Under the pieces are notes generated by a model. That model had not been told where the DNA came from and made no database searches. It saw only the letters and a program-made list of their open reading frames with translations. Positions 1-14,619 of a DNA stretch of 64,000 nucleotides are shown in pieces; positions within the stretch are counted from its first letter, which is position 1, and each line of letters begins with the position of its first letter. A program made the translations under genes and the position numbers. The DNA is from Eledone cirrhosa (taxonomy: Eukaryota). The DNA lies in assembly GCA_964016885.1 (NCBI GenBank), contig OZ024746.1:31558001-31622000 (forward strand), in the 5' to 3' direction.

Positions 1-413
1 CCACAACCAGCTTCAGTTGCCAGTCTGTGATCCATTGCTGCATTGTGTCCAGGTCTGATTGTAAGAAAGAGTTGTAAATTTCAGGATCAGTTCTTTTGAT
101 TTCAAGGTACAGCTTGATGTCATCTGCATATTTCAGTACCGTGGCATTCTGTAAGTTGGCATCTATGTCATTAATATATGCCACAAACAAAAGGGGACCA
201 AGAACAGATCCCTGTGGTACACCAGATGACATCTCATATGGTGAAGAATGCTGTCCTAGAACCGTGACTACTTCTTTTCGGCTGAGAATGAAGGATTTCA
301 ACCAGTCAAAAAGATCATCCCTCACACCCATTGCAGAGAGTTTTGCCATAAGTCTTTTGTGTGGCACAGAATTAAAAGCCTTAGCAAAGTCAAGGTAAAC
401 AACATCCACCCAT
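1..413 (-). mobile_element. Non-LTR (CR1/L2-like) LINE reverse transcriptase fragment
   Basis: Minus strand translates to VDVVYLDFAKAFNSVPH...SGVPQGSVLGPLLFVAYINDI...KYADDIKL, the LINE RT motifs. It runs off the window start. Confidence 0.9.
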
Positions 414-681
414 GAGCCGCTGTCAGTGATCCGGGTGATGTATAAATGTTGTATTTAAAAATAGACGTATCTCCACTCCCACCCACACTCATTTTAGGGC
501 TTGTTTTTATGCTTGTGGTATATGGTTTAGTTTTGAAGGTGTTCAGCCCATGGCAGGACATTGTGTCCTTGAGCAAGACACTTTATTTCACATACTTCCA
601 GTCCAAACATGAGTTGCACCTAAAAATTCAAAAAGCCAGCCTTGTCACACACTGTCAAGCTGAATCTTGCTGAGAAGCACA

Positions 682-909
682 TTAACCCTTTAGTACTTAA
701 TCCGGCTGTATCCAGCCAGAATTCTCTCATCTCTTCCTGTTCAAACCGGCCATAACTTACTACTCATACTGATGTTAATGTATTGTTCTCAAAATTAATA
801 ATATCAAAATCTCATAGATTTGAGATTATGTGAGATATTATTTGAGATAAAGCCTTTACCATGAAAATACAATAGTAAATACAGAGTAATGTAAACGCTA
901 AAGGGTTAA
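682..909. mobile_element. piggyBac-type MITE inserted in a CORE-type SINE
   Basis: TTAA-CCCTTTAG ... CTAAAGGG-TTAA termini. The SINE-like flank (tgtccttgagcaagacactttatttcac at ~565) resumes after 909. Confidence 0.7.
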
Positions 910-1743
910 GGGTGCATGTATTTGTGGAATGCTCAGCCACTTGCATCTTAATTTCACGCACAGACTGTTTTGTTGTTTGAACAGCTGTTCAGTAAACATT
1001 AACTTTGTTATCTATTATTCTGAAATAAATGAGAGAAAAACAAACTGATAAACGATACAATGAGATTCCTATGCTTACAAGTTGTTAACCTATTTGTGGT
1101 GGGCTCTGATAACTGATCACTGATCTCTGGTCTCAATTGTGTGAATGACAGAAACCGGAAACAGTAGCAGTCTCATAAACAAGAAGATATATTTACATAC
1201 CTTTTCTCATGTTGAAAACGATTTACATAGATCTAACTCTAAATAAGTGGAGGGAATAAGCATTTGGTAGGTTACAGATGGCCTGTCTTGGTGTTAACAT
1301 AGATCAATGTATATCAGCATTAATCCATTGTCAGAGCAAGAGCAACTAGCATAGACGTTGTAGTCAGTAGTGTGTTTATAGAACATTTAGTTCTAACCAG
1401 TTAGATAGCTTGATATCACACGCCCCAACACACTCTGTCTCTCTCTCTCACACATATACCCCCCCCCCCCCACACACACAGACACCTACACACACATACA
1501 CACTAACAGTTATCAGATTTATAGGTAACATCTGTATTACTGAGATCTATATCCCCACCACTGAATTGTAGTACTTTATCTAATGAAGTATAACTTGTAT
1601 TACATACATTTCCTTAGCCAACTTGCTCCTACTTATAAACTAAATAAGCTATAGCTTAGTGCCACACACCTTTGGGGGCCTCATTTTTATAAAATATATT
1701 TTTATTTTGTCATTAGCTTTTATTCTTTAACATTAAATCATCA

Positions 1744-1813
<70 letters not shown>

Positions 1814-1953
1814 TCATCATCATCATCATCATCATCGTTTAATGTCCACTTTTCCACACTAGCATGTATTAGATGGGTTGTCTCATTTGAGGCAAGTTGG
1901 GTCAGGTGACCGTGTCTTACTGACACAGGTGATTATGGTGATGATGATGATGA

Positions 1954-2029
<76 letters not shown>

Positions 2030-2303
2030 TATTCTTTATCATTAACATTAATATAAAAAATAATAATCATGTGTAATTATCTAAAAATTTTTTACTTGAA
2101 ATCTTTTAGAGAAGAGCCTCAACAAGTGAAAGTTCAGCCCTGATGGCTACTATTGTTGTTGACACATATCAGTCATAACTGAATCAACCTATGATAAAAG
2201 GTGTTTTAACTGTGATTGTCATGGCTGTACATGGCTATGGTGCGGCTACACTTAGAATTTGCATCACGAGTCTGGAACCCCTATCTTGCTCAGAACATTG
2301 ACC

Positions 2304-2455
2304 GCCTGATATACATACACACATGTATATCATGACTCATACACTATTCACTACTCTGACATTTGTATATTATTCTATGTACTATACATGCACCTTTGAC
2401 GAGTTGTAGTTCACCTGAGCACTTTACACAATAATTTCATTATTATTATTATTAT
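2304..2455 (+). mobile_element. Retroposon 3' tail ending in (ATT)n; second copy at ~4872-5037
   Basis: Both loci share ctatgtactatacatgcacctttga..agttgtagt.cacctgagcact.tacaca followed by (att)n. Confidence 0.6.
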
Positions 2456-2702
2456 TTATATCTAGGACTTCACACCAAGTATAGTGTCTTTCCTCTTGTG
2501 TAATTTGTGGGAGATTTAGATTAATGTCACACCATAGAAGCTCTTTCGTTGGTTGTATAAAACTGTTGACACAGTCTCTAACCTCAATTGAGACTGATAG
2601 TTGTAGTAGGTAAGGCTGCACGACACTCCTTTCACTTCAGTACATATTTGAAGGACGTCTTTGTTATTGATGCTGTTCTAGTTGGTTGGTTTGCCGTAAC
2701 AC

Positions 2703-2909
2703 TTAACCCTTTAGCATTCACATTACTCTATATATATACTATTATATTTTCATGGTAAAGGCTTTACCCCTTGCATAATTATCTCACATAATATCGAATC
2801 TATGAGATTTTTAAAGTATTTATTTTGAGTGACCAGTTACAGCCAGTTTCAACAGAAAAAGGTAGATAATTCTGGCTGGTTTTGGCCGGTTTGAACATTA
2901 AAGGGTTAA
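2703..2909. mobile_element. piggyBac-type MITE, second copy
   Basis: TTAA-CCCTTTAG ... TTAAAGGG-TTAA termini, the same as 682-909. Confidence 0.65.
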
Positions 2910-4359
2910 TCAAACTACACTTAATGTATTGATTGCAGTTGTGACTTACCTGATAGGTGTAGATACAGCTGGATGACCTAGGGCTAAACAACAACAGCAA
3001 CAACAACAACAATAACAACAATGAAATAACAACAAAAACAACCAAACAATAACATCAGTGAAATAACAACAAAAATATCAAAACAATGACAATACATCAA
3101 CAATACAATAACACCACAACCACCACCACAACAACAATACAACACAACACCACCACCACCACACTACCAAAACAAGGTGGTGTAGGGCAAAGGAGAGACA
3201 CAAAATAAAAACCCTATCACTGAGGATATCATAGAATATGTGATGAAAGAACTTTTATAATGGAAATTTATAATAAATTAAAGTGAAAACCAACAGGTGT
3301 GTATGTTTTATTGGCAGTATGACCCCCCCCCCCCCAAAGCATAACAATATAGATTTTATTTAAATATATATAAATTGTTTAAAATAGCTGCTGTGTCAAC
3401 CCTATTTCTATTATGAATATAAATGTGTTGATATATACAGTACTAAATACTACGGAAATAATCAATATACTGTGCTAAATACTGCTGACCTTGTGCAATT
3501 GCACCTCTCAAAGGCGATGACACAGGACCATGACGTTTAGTGTCACACAGTAATACAGAAGACCCAACTTCCCACAGGTACAAGCCAAAGCTGAAGCATA
3601 TAGACAATATGCCCCCAATCCCTCCCACTGCAAAGTGGTTGTGTAGATGCCACAGTAAAAAAGCACCCAACACTCACTGTAAATGAGGTTGGTGTTAGGA
3701 AGGGCATCCAACAGTAGAAATCAAGCCAAAATCAGTTGCCGTATGCGCAAGACAAGGTCACCCAACCTGGCATTGCCCACAACAGGACGGCCCGTCTAAC
3801 CCATGCTATCATGGAAGAATGGATGTAAAACGGTGACACACACACACAGTATTTAGTGCATTGTGTTCTTGAGCAAGACATTTTATTTCACATTGATCCA
3901 GTCCACTCAGCTGGCGAACATAAGTTATACCTGTAATTAGAAGTGACAGCCTTGTCACGTTCTGTCATGCTAAATCTCTCTAAAGACTATATTAAGGGTA
4001 TGTATATTTCTTGCATGTTAATTTCACAAGCAGGTTGTTTCATTGATCGTATCAACTGGAACACTTGTAACCAGCGTCAATTAGAGATTGTGTAGATGTA
4101 TAGATGTTTTAAGAGACATGGTAATTTCACTGGGATAATGTAGGTGGTATGTATGACAACGTCGCTATCAAGAATACACCCTGATTAATTAAAAGAAACC
4201 AAACAAGGTGTTGTAAATCTACTTTAAATTATTTATATCTTAAATAATGAATATATAAAGAAAGGTAACTTTTGCTGACAATATAAAGCTTATTGTGTTG
4301 TTGTTCTTTATGAAATTTATCGTAGTCAGTCTTTTTTAGAGATAGAAAATATTTAGTCC

Positions 4360-4520
4360 ACTCTGTAAAGTGGTCTTGTTGGTGTCATGACAAAAAGTAC
4401 CCAGTCCACAATTTAAAGTGGTCATGTAGGTGTCACGACAAAAAGTACCCAGTCCACAATGTAAAGTGGTCATGTAGGTGTCATGACAAAAAGAACCCAG
4501 TCCACACTGTAAAGTGGTTT
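4360..4520 (-). repeat. 48-bp tandem array of a SINE-internal segment; related arrays at ~6190-6460, 8555-8850 and 60395-60540
   Basis: Unit ~accactttacagagtgtactgggtrytttttrtcatggcacca, seen as 16-aa periodicity in the ORF track. Confidence 0.75.
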
Positions 4521-7117
4521 GTATAAACAAGACATGGTCACCTGACCCAACTTGCCTCAAATGGGACAACCCATCTAAGCTATGCTAGCATGGAAAATAG
4601 ACGTTAAATGATAACAATGATGATGATGATACATTATATATTCACCATATATACATTATATATATTATATATGCACTATATATATTTGAATTCTATATGT
4701 CTAACACCTGAGGACATGCTTACAAAATCAGAAAACAGTTCAGCTCCCATGACTTTTGGAAACATTTTTTCACTCTTAGAGTTGCTGAAGCATGAAACAA
4801 AATACCTGCATCAGTTGTTAGCTGTGGGGACACTGCATTCTTCAAAACTCCCCGAAATTCGACAACATTACACCTGATATTCTCCCTCCATACACATGTG
4901 TCTGTGTGTATATCATGACTCAAACACTGTACACTTTCCTGACATTTGAACATTACTCTATGTACTATACATGCACCTTTGATGAGTTGTAGTGCACCTG
5001 AGCACTGTACACATTGTTATTATTATTATTATTATTATATATGCTATATATATATATATATATATATACACAAAGGAAAGGAAAAGGCTAATACAGCTTG
5101 CCACAAATGTTGTTGTCATTGATTATTTTCAGTTGAGTGAACTGGAGCACCATGAAGTAAAGGATCTTACTTAAGGATATAACATGCTATTAGGTCCAGG
5201 GATTGAACTTATGATAGTGAGTCCAGCATCCTATTACTAAGCAACATGGCCTTGCTGTCAGTGATGGCCAAAGTTTCATCTTCTGTCATCATCATCATCA
5301 CCGTTTTACGTCCGTTCTTCCACGCTAGCATGGGTTAGACGGGTTGTCCTGTTGTGGGCAGTGTCTGGTCGGCTGACCATGCCTTCATACAGGAACTGAT
5401 TTGGCTTTTAAACATTTTAAACATTTTAAACATTTATATTTACTGACACTGTAGGAGTCAAATTATTGAGTGGCAGATAGTCAGGCAGTTATTATGGAAT
5501 AACACTTATTTAATTGAGGTGTATACCTCTATTATGAATCACACGATGCTAGTACTACTGATAAACGTTTACTTAGCCAACATCGCATTCTGAGGATTGC
5601 ATCAACTAGAGCATTAGTCAAAGGAATCGGTAGAGCTCCAACAACTTACCAACATATGTATATGTTTGTACATGTTTCTTTGTAGTTACCAATTGTAGAC
5701 ATGTATGTATCATTCTAATGTGGCCTTCAATGGCACATCTCAACTAAGAGAATCATAGGAATTGGAGGGAGCGCATCCAGCTTGAAGAAGTATTATGAGG
5801 TGGAGTGGCTGATGCACCTGGCATCACTGGCTGTTCTCCACAGCCTTGCCTTAACCATTTTGTCCAGGGGGCACAGCTGAGATATCCAACCTAGACTGAG
5901 TGTAGAAACTGTCGCTCCACCCCTTCCCTATTGAATTTATTGTTTCTTTTTACTTTTTTATTGCAAACATATTAGGTTAACAAGAGTTGCTTTCCTTGGA
6001 AGGACGAGACTAAAATTTAAGATTCTGTCTTATTAGTGAAACTATCTTCTTACAACTATTTATGATGTACTTGTTGGGTACGTTTATGTCATGTGACCAA
6101 GTATAGATATATAGAAACGTATATGAAAGCATTAACAATATATTTATGTATAATAAACATACATAGGTCTCCCTATGGGTGTTTTAAGCAGTAGCGCTAG
6201 TCCCAAGACAAAAAACACCTAGTCCACCCTGTAAAGTGGTAGTGTTAATGGTATGATAGAGAACAACTTGTCTCCCTTGTAAGGTGATAGCGCTGGCGCC
6301 ATCACAGAAAGCACCCAAGCCACCTTGTAAGGTTGTAGTGCTGGTACTATGACAGAGAACACCCAATCCACCCTGTATGATGGTAGCCCTAGCACAATGA
6401 CAGAAAGCACCCAGTCCACCCTGTAAGATGGTAGTGTCGGGGCCATTATAAAATTCTTCCAGTACATGTTGTAAAACGAAGTCCAAAATGGAACATACAA
6501 GCAAGATGTGGTCATCTGACAAGTTTAGCCTCAGTACGTGACAGTCTGTCTAGCCATGAAAACAGATGTTAATGGTGGTGATTATGTGTGTGTGTGTATA
6601 AATATATATATAAAGAAAATAAATATTCTTAAAAGACTCCAGTTGCATTTTTCAATTTCTTATCCTTATATATATATTTCATTTTTTAAATTTGTTTGGC
6701 AAGATTATTGATGTGAAAGCATATGTTGAAACAGATATTGTTATAATTTGAGAGGTTCATACTGTCAATAAAAACACACATACCAGTTGAGTTTCACTTC
6801 AGTTTTATTATTAGTTAAGTAACTAATCCGTTCCTTTGTTAGTTTAGTAACCAGATGGTTATTTAATTGTCATATTTAATCTTCAAAACTCTTTCGTCAC
6901 ACATTCTGTGACCTTTTCAATGATTATTCTTGCTTCTGTTTCTTACTCATTGTTTTGATTTTATTTTATTTTCTCCATTTTTTCTTTCTATCATAAATAC
7001 AAGATATATATATATATATATATATACACACATGCACCTCCCTCCTCCATATACATAACACCTAAAATACTATAGTTAACAACATCTGAAATGTGGTGGT
7101 TAAGGTATTTCAGGCTA

Positions 7118-7460
7118 TGTGATATAACTGCTTTAGTTTCAACACAGTCTCAGATCAAGTCACTTGCCAGACATGACAAATGTGGCTAAAATGACTGTTC
7201 CATGATATAACTGCTTTAGTTTCAACACAGTCTCAGATCAAGTCACTTGCCAGACATGTATAACTGGCTAAAATGATTCTTCAACAATATAATTGCTTTA
7301 GTTGCAACACACCACAGTTTCAGATTAAGTAACTTGCCAGATAAGTACAACTGTAACTAAAATGAATCTTCCATGATGTAATTGTTTTAGTTTCAACACA
7401 ATCTCATATCAAATCATATTCCAGACATGTACAACTGTGGCTTAAATGACTCTTCCATAT
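7118..7460 (+). repeat. ~83-bp minisatellite, about 4 copies
   Basis: Repeated gatataactgctttagtttcaacacagtctcagatcaagtcacttgccagacatg. Confidence 0.8.
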
Positions 7461-8020
7461 AGTAGTTGAAGACAATATTATTAAATCAATTATAAATTTA
7501 AAGAAATGGAGGAAATATTGTTGCTAAGAGAATTTTCATCCAATGTTCCACAACAAGCAATCTTATATGTGTAATTTACAGTACATATTATGGAATAGCA
7601 ATTTTATGAAAGTGAAAATAGCATGTTATATTCCAAGATTGTTGAAAATAACTGCAAAACATTTACAAAAAACATGTAAGATTTATTTAAATCCCTTCAT
7701 TTCAGATTTTGAAGGTTTTCTGATTTGGGATAAAAATAGTTTTCTCTACATTTGGATTATTTTGAGAAATTGAAAGCCAACTAAGCATGTGTTAAATTTT
7801 GTCACCAGATTTAACTTTTAACATCTGGTACCACAGAAAACCACAATACATCCTTGAAAAGTACAAACAACACTACATCTATGTCACATTAAAAATTAAA
7901 GCCTCATTTACTGGAAATTTTCATAACATTCTCTCTACTAGTAAAGATACTAGAAATATTTGAATTAACAAACTCATTTTTAAAGCTATTTTCTGCTAAA
8001 TCATTACAGTGTGTTAAGAG

Positions 8021-8130
8021 CTAATGGATATTTAAGTTTATTCCCTGTTCAATGAATTCCAGTTGTATTCGATCATCCATTCTTTCACTTTGAGCTACTG
8101 TCATCCATTCCTTCCATGTAGAAACCTTTC
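8021..8130 (-). CDS. Sulfotransferase gene A exon 5
   Basis: Poly-T/CAG acceptor; GKVSTWKEWMTVAQSERMDDRIQLEFIEQGINLNIH then TAG. Confidence 0.88.
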
Positions 8131-8889
8131 CTGAAAAAAAAAAGATTTAGACAAATTGTCAGAGTTGCATATTTTCTACCCAGGGTTAGACTACGAGCAA
8201 GATGGTTAGATAACATCCATGAACTCAGTTGGTTTCACTTGAGGATCCATCCAGATCATTTAGAGTATTTGAGGACTCTTCCCCCATGATCCTAATAGGA
8301 ATAAGTGGGCAAAGAAGAAGACAGAAGAAAGAAAAAAAAAAATAGAAAGAAAACAAGAAAAAAAGAAAAAGAAAGAAAGAAGAGGAAGAAGTAGTAGTGT
8401 TGTCAGTTGGAATGGAACCATCATCATAACTGATTCCTCTTTGATTTCCATGTTGGTATGGGTTGGGCAGGTTGTATAAGTCACAATCTGACACTAGACT
8501 AATCACATGTCTCCATCTTGCTCATACTTTCCATTCTGGATGCCCTTCATAACACCAACCACTCTACAGACTGTACTGGGTGTAATTTATTGTGACACTA
8601 CCACTTTACAGAGTGTACTGGGTATATTTTATTGTGGCACTACCACTTTACAGAGTGTACTGGGTATATTTTATCATGGCACAAGCACTACCACTCTACT
8701 GAGTGTACTGGGTGTATTTTATCATGGCACAAGTACTACTACTTTACAGAGTGTATTGGGTACATTTTATCATGGCACCAGCACTACCACTTTACAGAGT
8801 GTACTGGGTGTATTTTATCATGGCACCAGCACTACTACTTTACAGAGTGTACATTTATGAAGACAATTGAATGTTGGGTTCATAATTAC

Positions 8890-9067
8890 CGGCACGAAAA
8901 AATCCACTGGTATTTTTGAATTCTATTTTGAAGACGTCAGATTTGCTTGAAGGTTTTTCCTTTTTCATTCTGTCAAATGTACACATGTCTGCTATATCTT
9001 GGATCAGTTGATGGTTGATGTCCTTGCCAAGAAATGTGGCAATTGATGATACAACTTTAACAAGGTC
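8890..9067 (-). CDS. Sulfotransferase gene A exon 4
   Basis: DLVKVVSSIATFLGK...CTFDRMK...GFFRAG; CAG/GTAAT borders; 178 bp. Confidence 0.9.
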
Positions 9068-9425
9068 CTGCACAGAAGACAATACAGATATAAAAGGAAA
9101 AGAGAGGAGCTAGTTGTCTGTTGTGTCAATAATCTGACTCTATAGATATACAGTGACATAAAGAAAAGTGGGGACAATATAACATGTCTAGCTTATCACA
9201 CTACACTTCTTAAGATAAACCGCTGCAAGTTAAATGGCTCAGTGTTGGTTTCAACTAGGCATGGTAAGGTATATCTGAAACACTGGGTGAAATACTGGTG
9301 TTGGTATCAAATCAAGCACTCTATGCACAGGCAGAGTGTATATATAATAGAAAAAAAACGAGGAAGTTTCATTTACATATGAAAAATATTTATTGTGTAT
9401 CGACCTTTTACGTGCGTTTCGCAGA

Positions 9426-9470
<45 letters not shown>

Positions 9471-9516
9471 GAAATAACAGGAGGCTGGACTGGTGTAAAT
9501 CCTTGAAAGGTTTATT

Positions 9517-9574
9517 ATACTATGATCATTTCAATGACCGGGTTCCATATGAATCCGGTGATATCATCAGGTAT
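9517..9574 (-). ncRNA. Minimal type I hammerhead ribozyme motif (intron 3 of gene A, sense)
   Basis: Minus strand: atac CTGATGA [long stem II, accggattc...gaacccggt] GAAA TGATCA TA gtat. Helix III is palindromic. Confidence 0.7.
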
Positions 9575-9765
9575 TGGAATATAACAAAGGAATATGTAAA
9601 AAGCCATGGGTCCGAAAAACCATGGGTCCGAGAACCAGAGACAGAGAGGGCGGCTGACCAACTAATATATATATAACTAGGAATGATGCAACAATCTAAA
9701 ACAAGAGAATAATAACACTGGGCAATTGTCAGAATTAGGAAATAAAGTAATTATGTAACAGTTAC

Positions 9766-9863
9766 CTTTGAAGCTTCTTCATATGTTATTAGAAGAACAT
9801 TTGGGTTATCTTTGATAAATGGCCACCACTGTTTTGTATATTCAAAATAATCACCACTAGGGA
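9766..9863 (-). CDS. Sulfotransferase gene A exon 3
   Basis: VPSGDYFEYTKQWWPFIKDNPNVLLITYEEASK; CAG/GTAAC borders; 98 bp. Confidence 0.9.
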
Positions 9864-10926
9864 CTGTAATGAAGGGGGAAATAAATTAAATATAAACAAA
9901 AACAGAAAGATTTCTCACAATTATTGTTTACATATCAGTACTGTCTGTGAAGGTGGGTGGTTTAGTAATTAGACTGTTGACCCTAAAGTTATTAGTTCAA
10001 TTCCTAGACCAGGTGACACATTGTGTTCTTGAGCAAGACATTTTATTTCATATTGCTCTAGCCCAATATGTTGTGATGATACAAGTGCCAAGCTGTATAA
10101 GTCTTTGGTTTAGATAATATTAGTAACATATTGAGACGTGTATATGAGCAACTGATGGTCTTCCACAAAACACCTTGTCCAGGTTTGTACGTTGGAGAGG
10201 AACTTTCCGGGTACAAATCCATGGTCAGTCATGATTGAATATGTGTGTGTGTGGGTGTGGGGGGTGGGGTGGGTGGGAGGGTCTATAAAGTGGTACTGTC
10301 TTATCTTTGTGAAATTAAGTTATTGTATATACCTATTCTTGATTGTGTGTATCTGGTTTACAATAGGACACAGTATTTCTGCATGTTGTGAGAAGCAACT
10401 AAAAGTGTTAGTGTCAGGAATGGCATCTGGCTGTAAAACATTGCCTCAAAAATTCCAGTCCAACCCATGCCAGCATGAAAAAGTTTACATAAAAGTGATG
10501 TTGATGATGTACTGTTTTATAAATGTTAAGAAAGAACCCGATTGTCAAATTAGACCAAGGAACCAATGTTTCAATTTGTCTTTTTATTTCTGATACTATC
10601 TGTTAGTCACAACTGCTGGCAGAAGTCGTTACTTTTCCTGTAATAAGAGGCAGGATTTGAACACAGAATGCATAGAACTATCACATATATCATATAGCAT
10701 CGACTCTGATGCTTTAACAATTTTGCCAATTCACTGCCCCTTGACTGGTACTTAATTTATTGACTCCGAAAGGAGGAAAGGCAATGTTGACATGAGCGTG
10801 ATTTGAAACTAGAGTACAAAGAACTGGAAAAAAATAGTGATATATATAATCCAACATTGTAACCACACAATCAATTCCTAATAAATGAAACACATGTGGA
10901 GCGTGTTACAGTTAAACCAAACTTAC

Positions 10927-11244
10927 CATTGCCATTCATGAACATTTCAAAAAAACTTGGGAAGTTGCCATCATATTGAATAAGCTTGATACCCCACATA
11001 TGCCTGTAATAGGAAACTACCACAGACTTAGGGTTACGGGCGATGAAAATAATTTTGTGGTTCTTAAGTAATTCTTGAGGCAAAAAGACAGGTTGAAAAT
11101 GAGTGTTGAGTACACGTGGAGATGGTTTTGGATTTAATTGATCTTCAGGCATGAAGTCTAGCATATTTTCTTCTTTAATACTGGGGATTCTTTCAGCATT
11201 GCCATTGACAATCATGCTGGTTACCTCCCAGATCCAATGAGTTC
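10927..11244 (-). CDS. Sulfotransferase gene A exon 2
   Basis: CAG acceptor after a polypyrimidine tract; GTHWIWEV...SPRVLNTH...RNPKSVVVSYYRH...FEMFMNGN; GTAAGT donor. Confidence 0.93.
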
Positions 11245-11851
11245 CTGTTGAAGAAAAAGAAAACAAAGCAAAAAATAAAACAAAAATACTTAATAAAACA
11301 TCTATGGACTCCTGATGCAGCCCATCCCTCTCTAGGTTTGAATACAGCTGATTTCTTCCAGAGAAATATATATACAGGGTGTCCCCCCCAAAAAATGTAT
11401 ACACACTTCAACAGCATTCTAATAACTATGTGTATACATTTTGGGGGATATTTTGTATGTATATATATATATATAAATATATATATCCTCCCCCCCCCCC
11501 TCTGACCCCCCCCCCCCCCCCCACCCCACACACACCTTTTCCTGAATATGCAACCCCGTTCTTCCCCCAATTCTTACTTTCACACACACACACACACACA
11601 CGTACACCTACACACACACACCACCTTCAGCCCTCCCCGCTCGGACACCCCGCCTCCCTCTTCCCACTCCACCCGCCACCACCCCTACACGCCCCACACC
11701 CTTCCCCCACTTGTTTTACTTCATGTTTATTTTTATTTTTATTATGCTTTTATATTTAATTTCATTTGTACCGTTTCCTCTCACCCCCTTTTTTCTATAT
11801 GCCTCTCCACCACTCCCCTACACACAGTTGGAACTCTCTTCCCACACACTT

Positions 11852-11890
11852 TTCGCCTGAAGAAGGGCTTATGCCCGAAACGTCGTTCCC
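11852..11890 (+). ncRNA. Minimal hammerhead ribozyme motif in a retroelement tail
   Basis: CTGAAGA AGGGC TTAT GCCC GAAA CG TC, followed by AATAAA and (TA)n. Stem I is weak. Confidence 0.6.
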
Positions 11891-11971
11891 CACTACCGCC
11901 CCACTCTCAAGAGCGTGAAACTAATAAACCTTTGTTCGTACTGCCTCTCTGTTTTGTTCCCGTTCAATTTT

Positions 11972-12037
<66 letters not shown>

Positions 12038-12575
12038 TATTTGGGGATGGTCATGTTGCCAATATTGTCAATAGAAATACACACACCATATAATTTTCTC
12101 TTTATCTTTATTGTTCATTATTCATTTGTTTGTCAAAGTTCTTTTGTCATACATTCTGTGACCTCCACAATGATTATCTGTTTTGTGCCTCCTCTTTTTC
12201 CTGGTCTTAAACTTCTACTCCATATTGTCTTCGTTGGTTTGCGGTGCATTCATTCTTTTTGTGTTTCGTGTTTGCACATGAGTTTGCGCCTGCATCTCTG
12301 TGTTTTTCTGGTTGTCATGTCTACATGTGAATGTGGGTTTGTATCGTTTTCTGTTTTGCTGTTTATATATCTTTTTTTATTAACTTTTTTTTCCTTCGTT
12401 AAGCCCAAAGGTAGACCGCAATCAGCTGGAATATGAGAGATACAACATTTGATCCTCTGTAGCAGCTGCTGCCACATTTTCCCGTCTATAGAGGTATTTT
12501 TAATCGATTTTTTTAAGCTGTGTTCACAGCTATCTCCTGTGTTTGAGATTTTCTACATTTCAAACATATATATCT

Positions 12576-12626
<51 letters not shown>

Positions 12627-12732
12627 CAACCCCAATATTCAACTGATTACTTTATTTACTGACCAAGGAATGTTGAAAGGCAAAGTTAAGCTCAGCAGTA
12701 TTTAAACTGATAAACACCACCAATAATAATAA

Positions 12733-13125
12733 TTATTTCTACTTTAGGCACAAAGCCAGCAATTTGAAGGGAAGGGAAAAGTTGATTAAATCGACATCAG
12801 TGCATTACTGGTACTCTATTTTATCAACCTCATAAGGATGAAAGGTAAAGCTAATCTTGATGGGATTTGAACTCAGAACGTAACGGGCCGTAACTCTATG
12901 CCGTAAAGCATGAGAATAATCATTAGGTTAAATTTTCAACTTTATCTTGTATTATAAGGCAGTTTTGTTATTGACTAGTTACGAGCATAGTTACGTCCCT
13001 TTACGGTCTGAGTTCAAATCCCGCCGAGGTTAACTTTGCCTTTCATCCTTATGGGGTCGATAAAATAAAGTACCAGTAATGTACTGGGTAATTTGCTGGC
13101 CTTGTGCCAAAAGTAGAAACAGTTA
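12733..13125. mobile_element. Two tRNA-derived SINE copies (12733-12912 minus; 12982-13125 plus)
   Basis: B-box gagttcaaatc, central gcctttcatcctt..ggggtcgataaaataaagtaccag, tail gctggccttgtgccaaaagtagaaa. Confidence 0.8.
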
Positions 13126-13334
13126 TTGACTAATGGACCAGTGGCATCAATAATGACAGCAATAACGTTGAACATATTTCTGTTTTGAAGTCAAGGATTG
13201 GTATGCCATATATATTAGGATTACTGGATATATGAATAATCATACAAACTGGAAAATTGTAGTTTGCATAAAAGAAACCCTATAGTTTATGTTGATTACT
13301 GAAACATGGAAGTGATTAAAGTTAAGAATGATAT

Positions 13335-13796
13335 TGTAGCAAGAGTTGCCTCCCTTGTCATGACAATCTCATCACCGCTCTCTAGACAGGAAGTAGCTGG
13401 AGTTGCTTCCCTTTGGGATTGACAGACTCCCTGTTGGTCACTTCTGGTCAAGGTCAACTCCTATAAAAGGAGCAGGTTACCACGATATCTCCCTCTTGCC
13501 TCCTGATTTCTGAAGTGGTAACACCTGCGACCCTAGCTTGTGATGATTCCTTCTTGATAATCCTTCGCTACCAAGAACAATGCAACTTGCAGCCTGAGAG
13601 CCTAAGATGTTGATACCAGCCAGAAAAGATCTCTTCTTTTCTCTACCAACTTCAGCCTCGAGTTATGACCATCGGGTAACAAATCCTTAATATTTAATGC
13701 CTTTGACTTCCATGAAGTAAAAACTTTATTATAACACACACACCGGTATTTACTGTCTTTTTTATGTTATATGTACACCGATACTAATCTCCCAAA
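13335..13796 (+). mobile_element. Solo LTR (Gypsy-like), 4-bp TSD ATAT
   Basis: Starts TGTAGC, has an internal TATAAAAGG, is homologous end to end with 20315-20788, and is flanked by ATAT on both sides. Confidence 0.75.
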
Positions 13797-14619
13797 ATAT
13801 TTTAAGAATTTATTTCTAGGATATAATTACACAAATGTTTAGCATGTATGTAGAAATGACATACAGGAATAACTATTTATTGGGACAAATGTAGGGTGAG
13901 AACCTAGGACCTTGTGATTGGAAAATGAACTTATTATTACCACAGTATGACTGGTATAGGAAATGCATTGTGTGTATATGTGTATGCATGTAGCAAATGC
14001 AATGAGACTGACAGGTTGGCTAGATAGGTCATGTGACTACACATGTTGACCTTACACCACACTGAACCACTGATTCAGACAACAACCACAATCAACATTA
14101 AATTCATATACCTGCTACATGTGTGCATATGTCTGTGTGTAAACATTCAAGAGTTACAGACATGTATATATAAATAAATATACAAACACAAATGACATAT
14201 TATATACATTTAAAACACATTGTTAATCAAAAACCTATTGTGATAGAGGGTGACTGAGGTTACAGAAAACTATCTAACATAACGGAATACAGATCTGCCA
14301 ACCTCTAAAAACTCAAATAGGGAGTATCATGAAAAAAGTGCCCCAAAACTGGGAGAAAGAAGACATCTTTCAGCCATCCCAAATCTTCCCATCGGACGGG
14401 GAGAGTTGACAGGTCTGAGATATATGAGGAAATTTGTTTTGTTTCAGAACTTAATAGATTTGTCAACTCATATTGGTACCTGAGATGACAGACAATACAT
14501 ACAAATAGAAAATCAGGAAATGTTTGACGGCAGATTGTTAAGTAAACAGAAATTTAAAAAAAGGACATTTTCTTTTAGTCAACTACATAATTTAAAAAAA
14601 AAAATCGATGATGTAAAGG

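Noticed and set aside
8507-8919. ORFs with TTTLQSVLG or HYHFTEC repeats
   Set aside because: This is a 48-bp SINE-derived tandem array in intron 4 of gene A.
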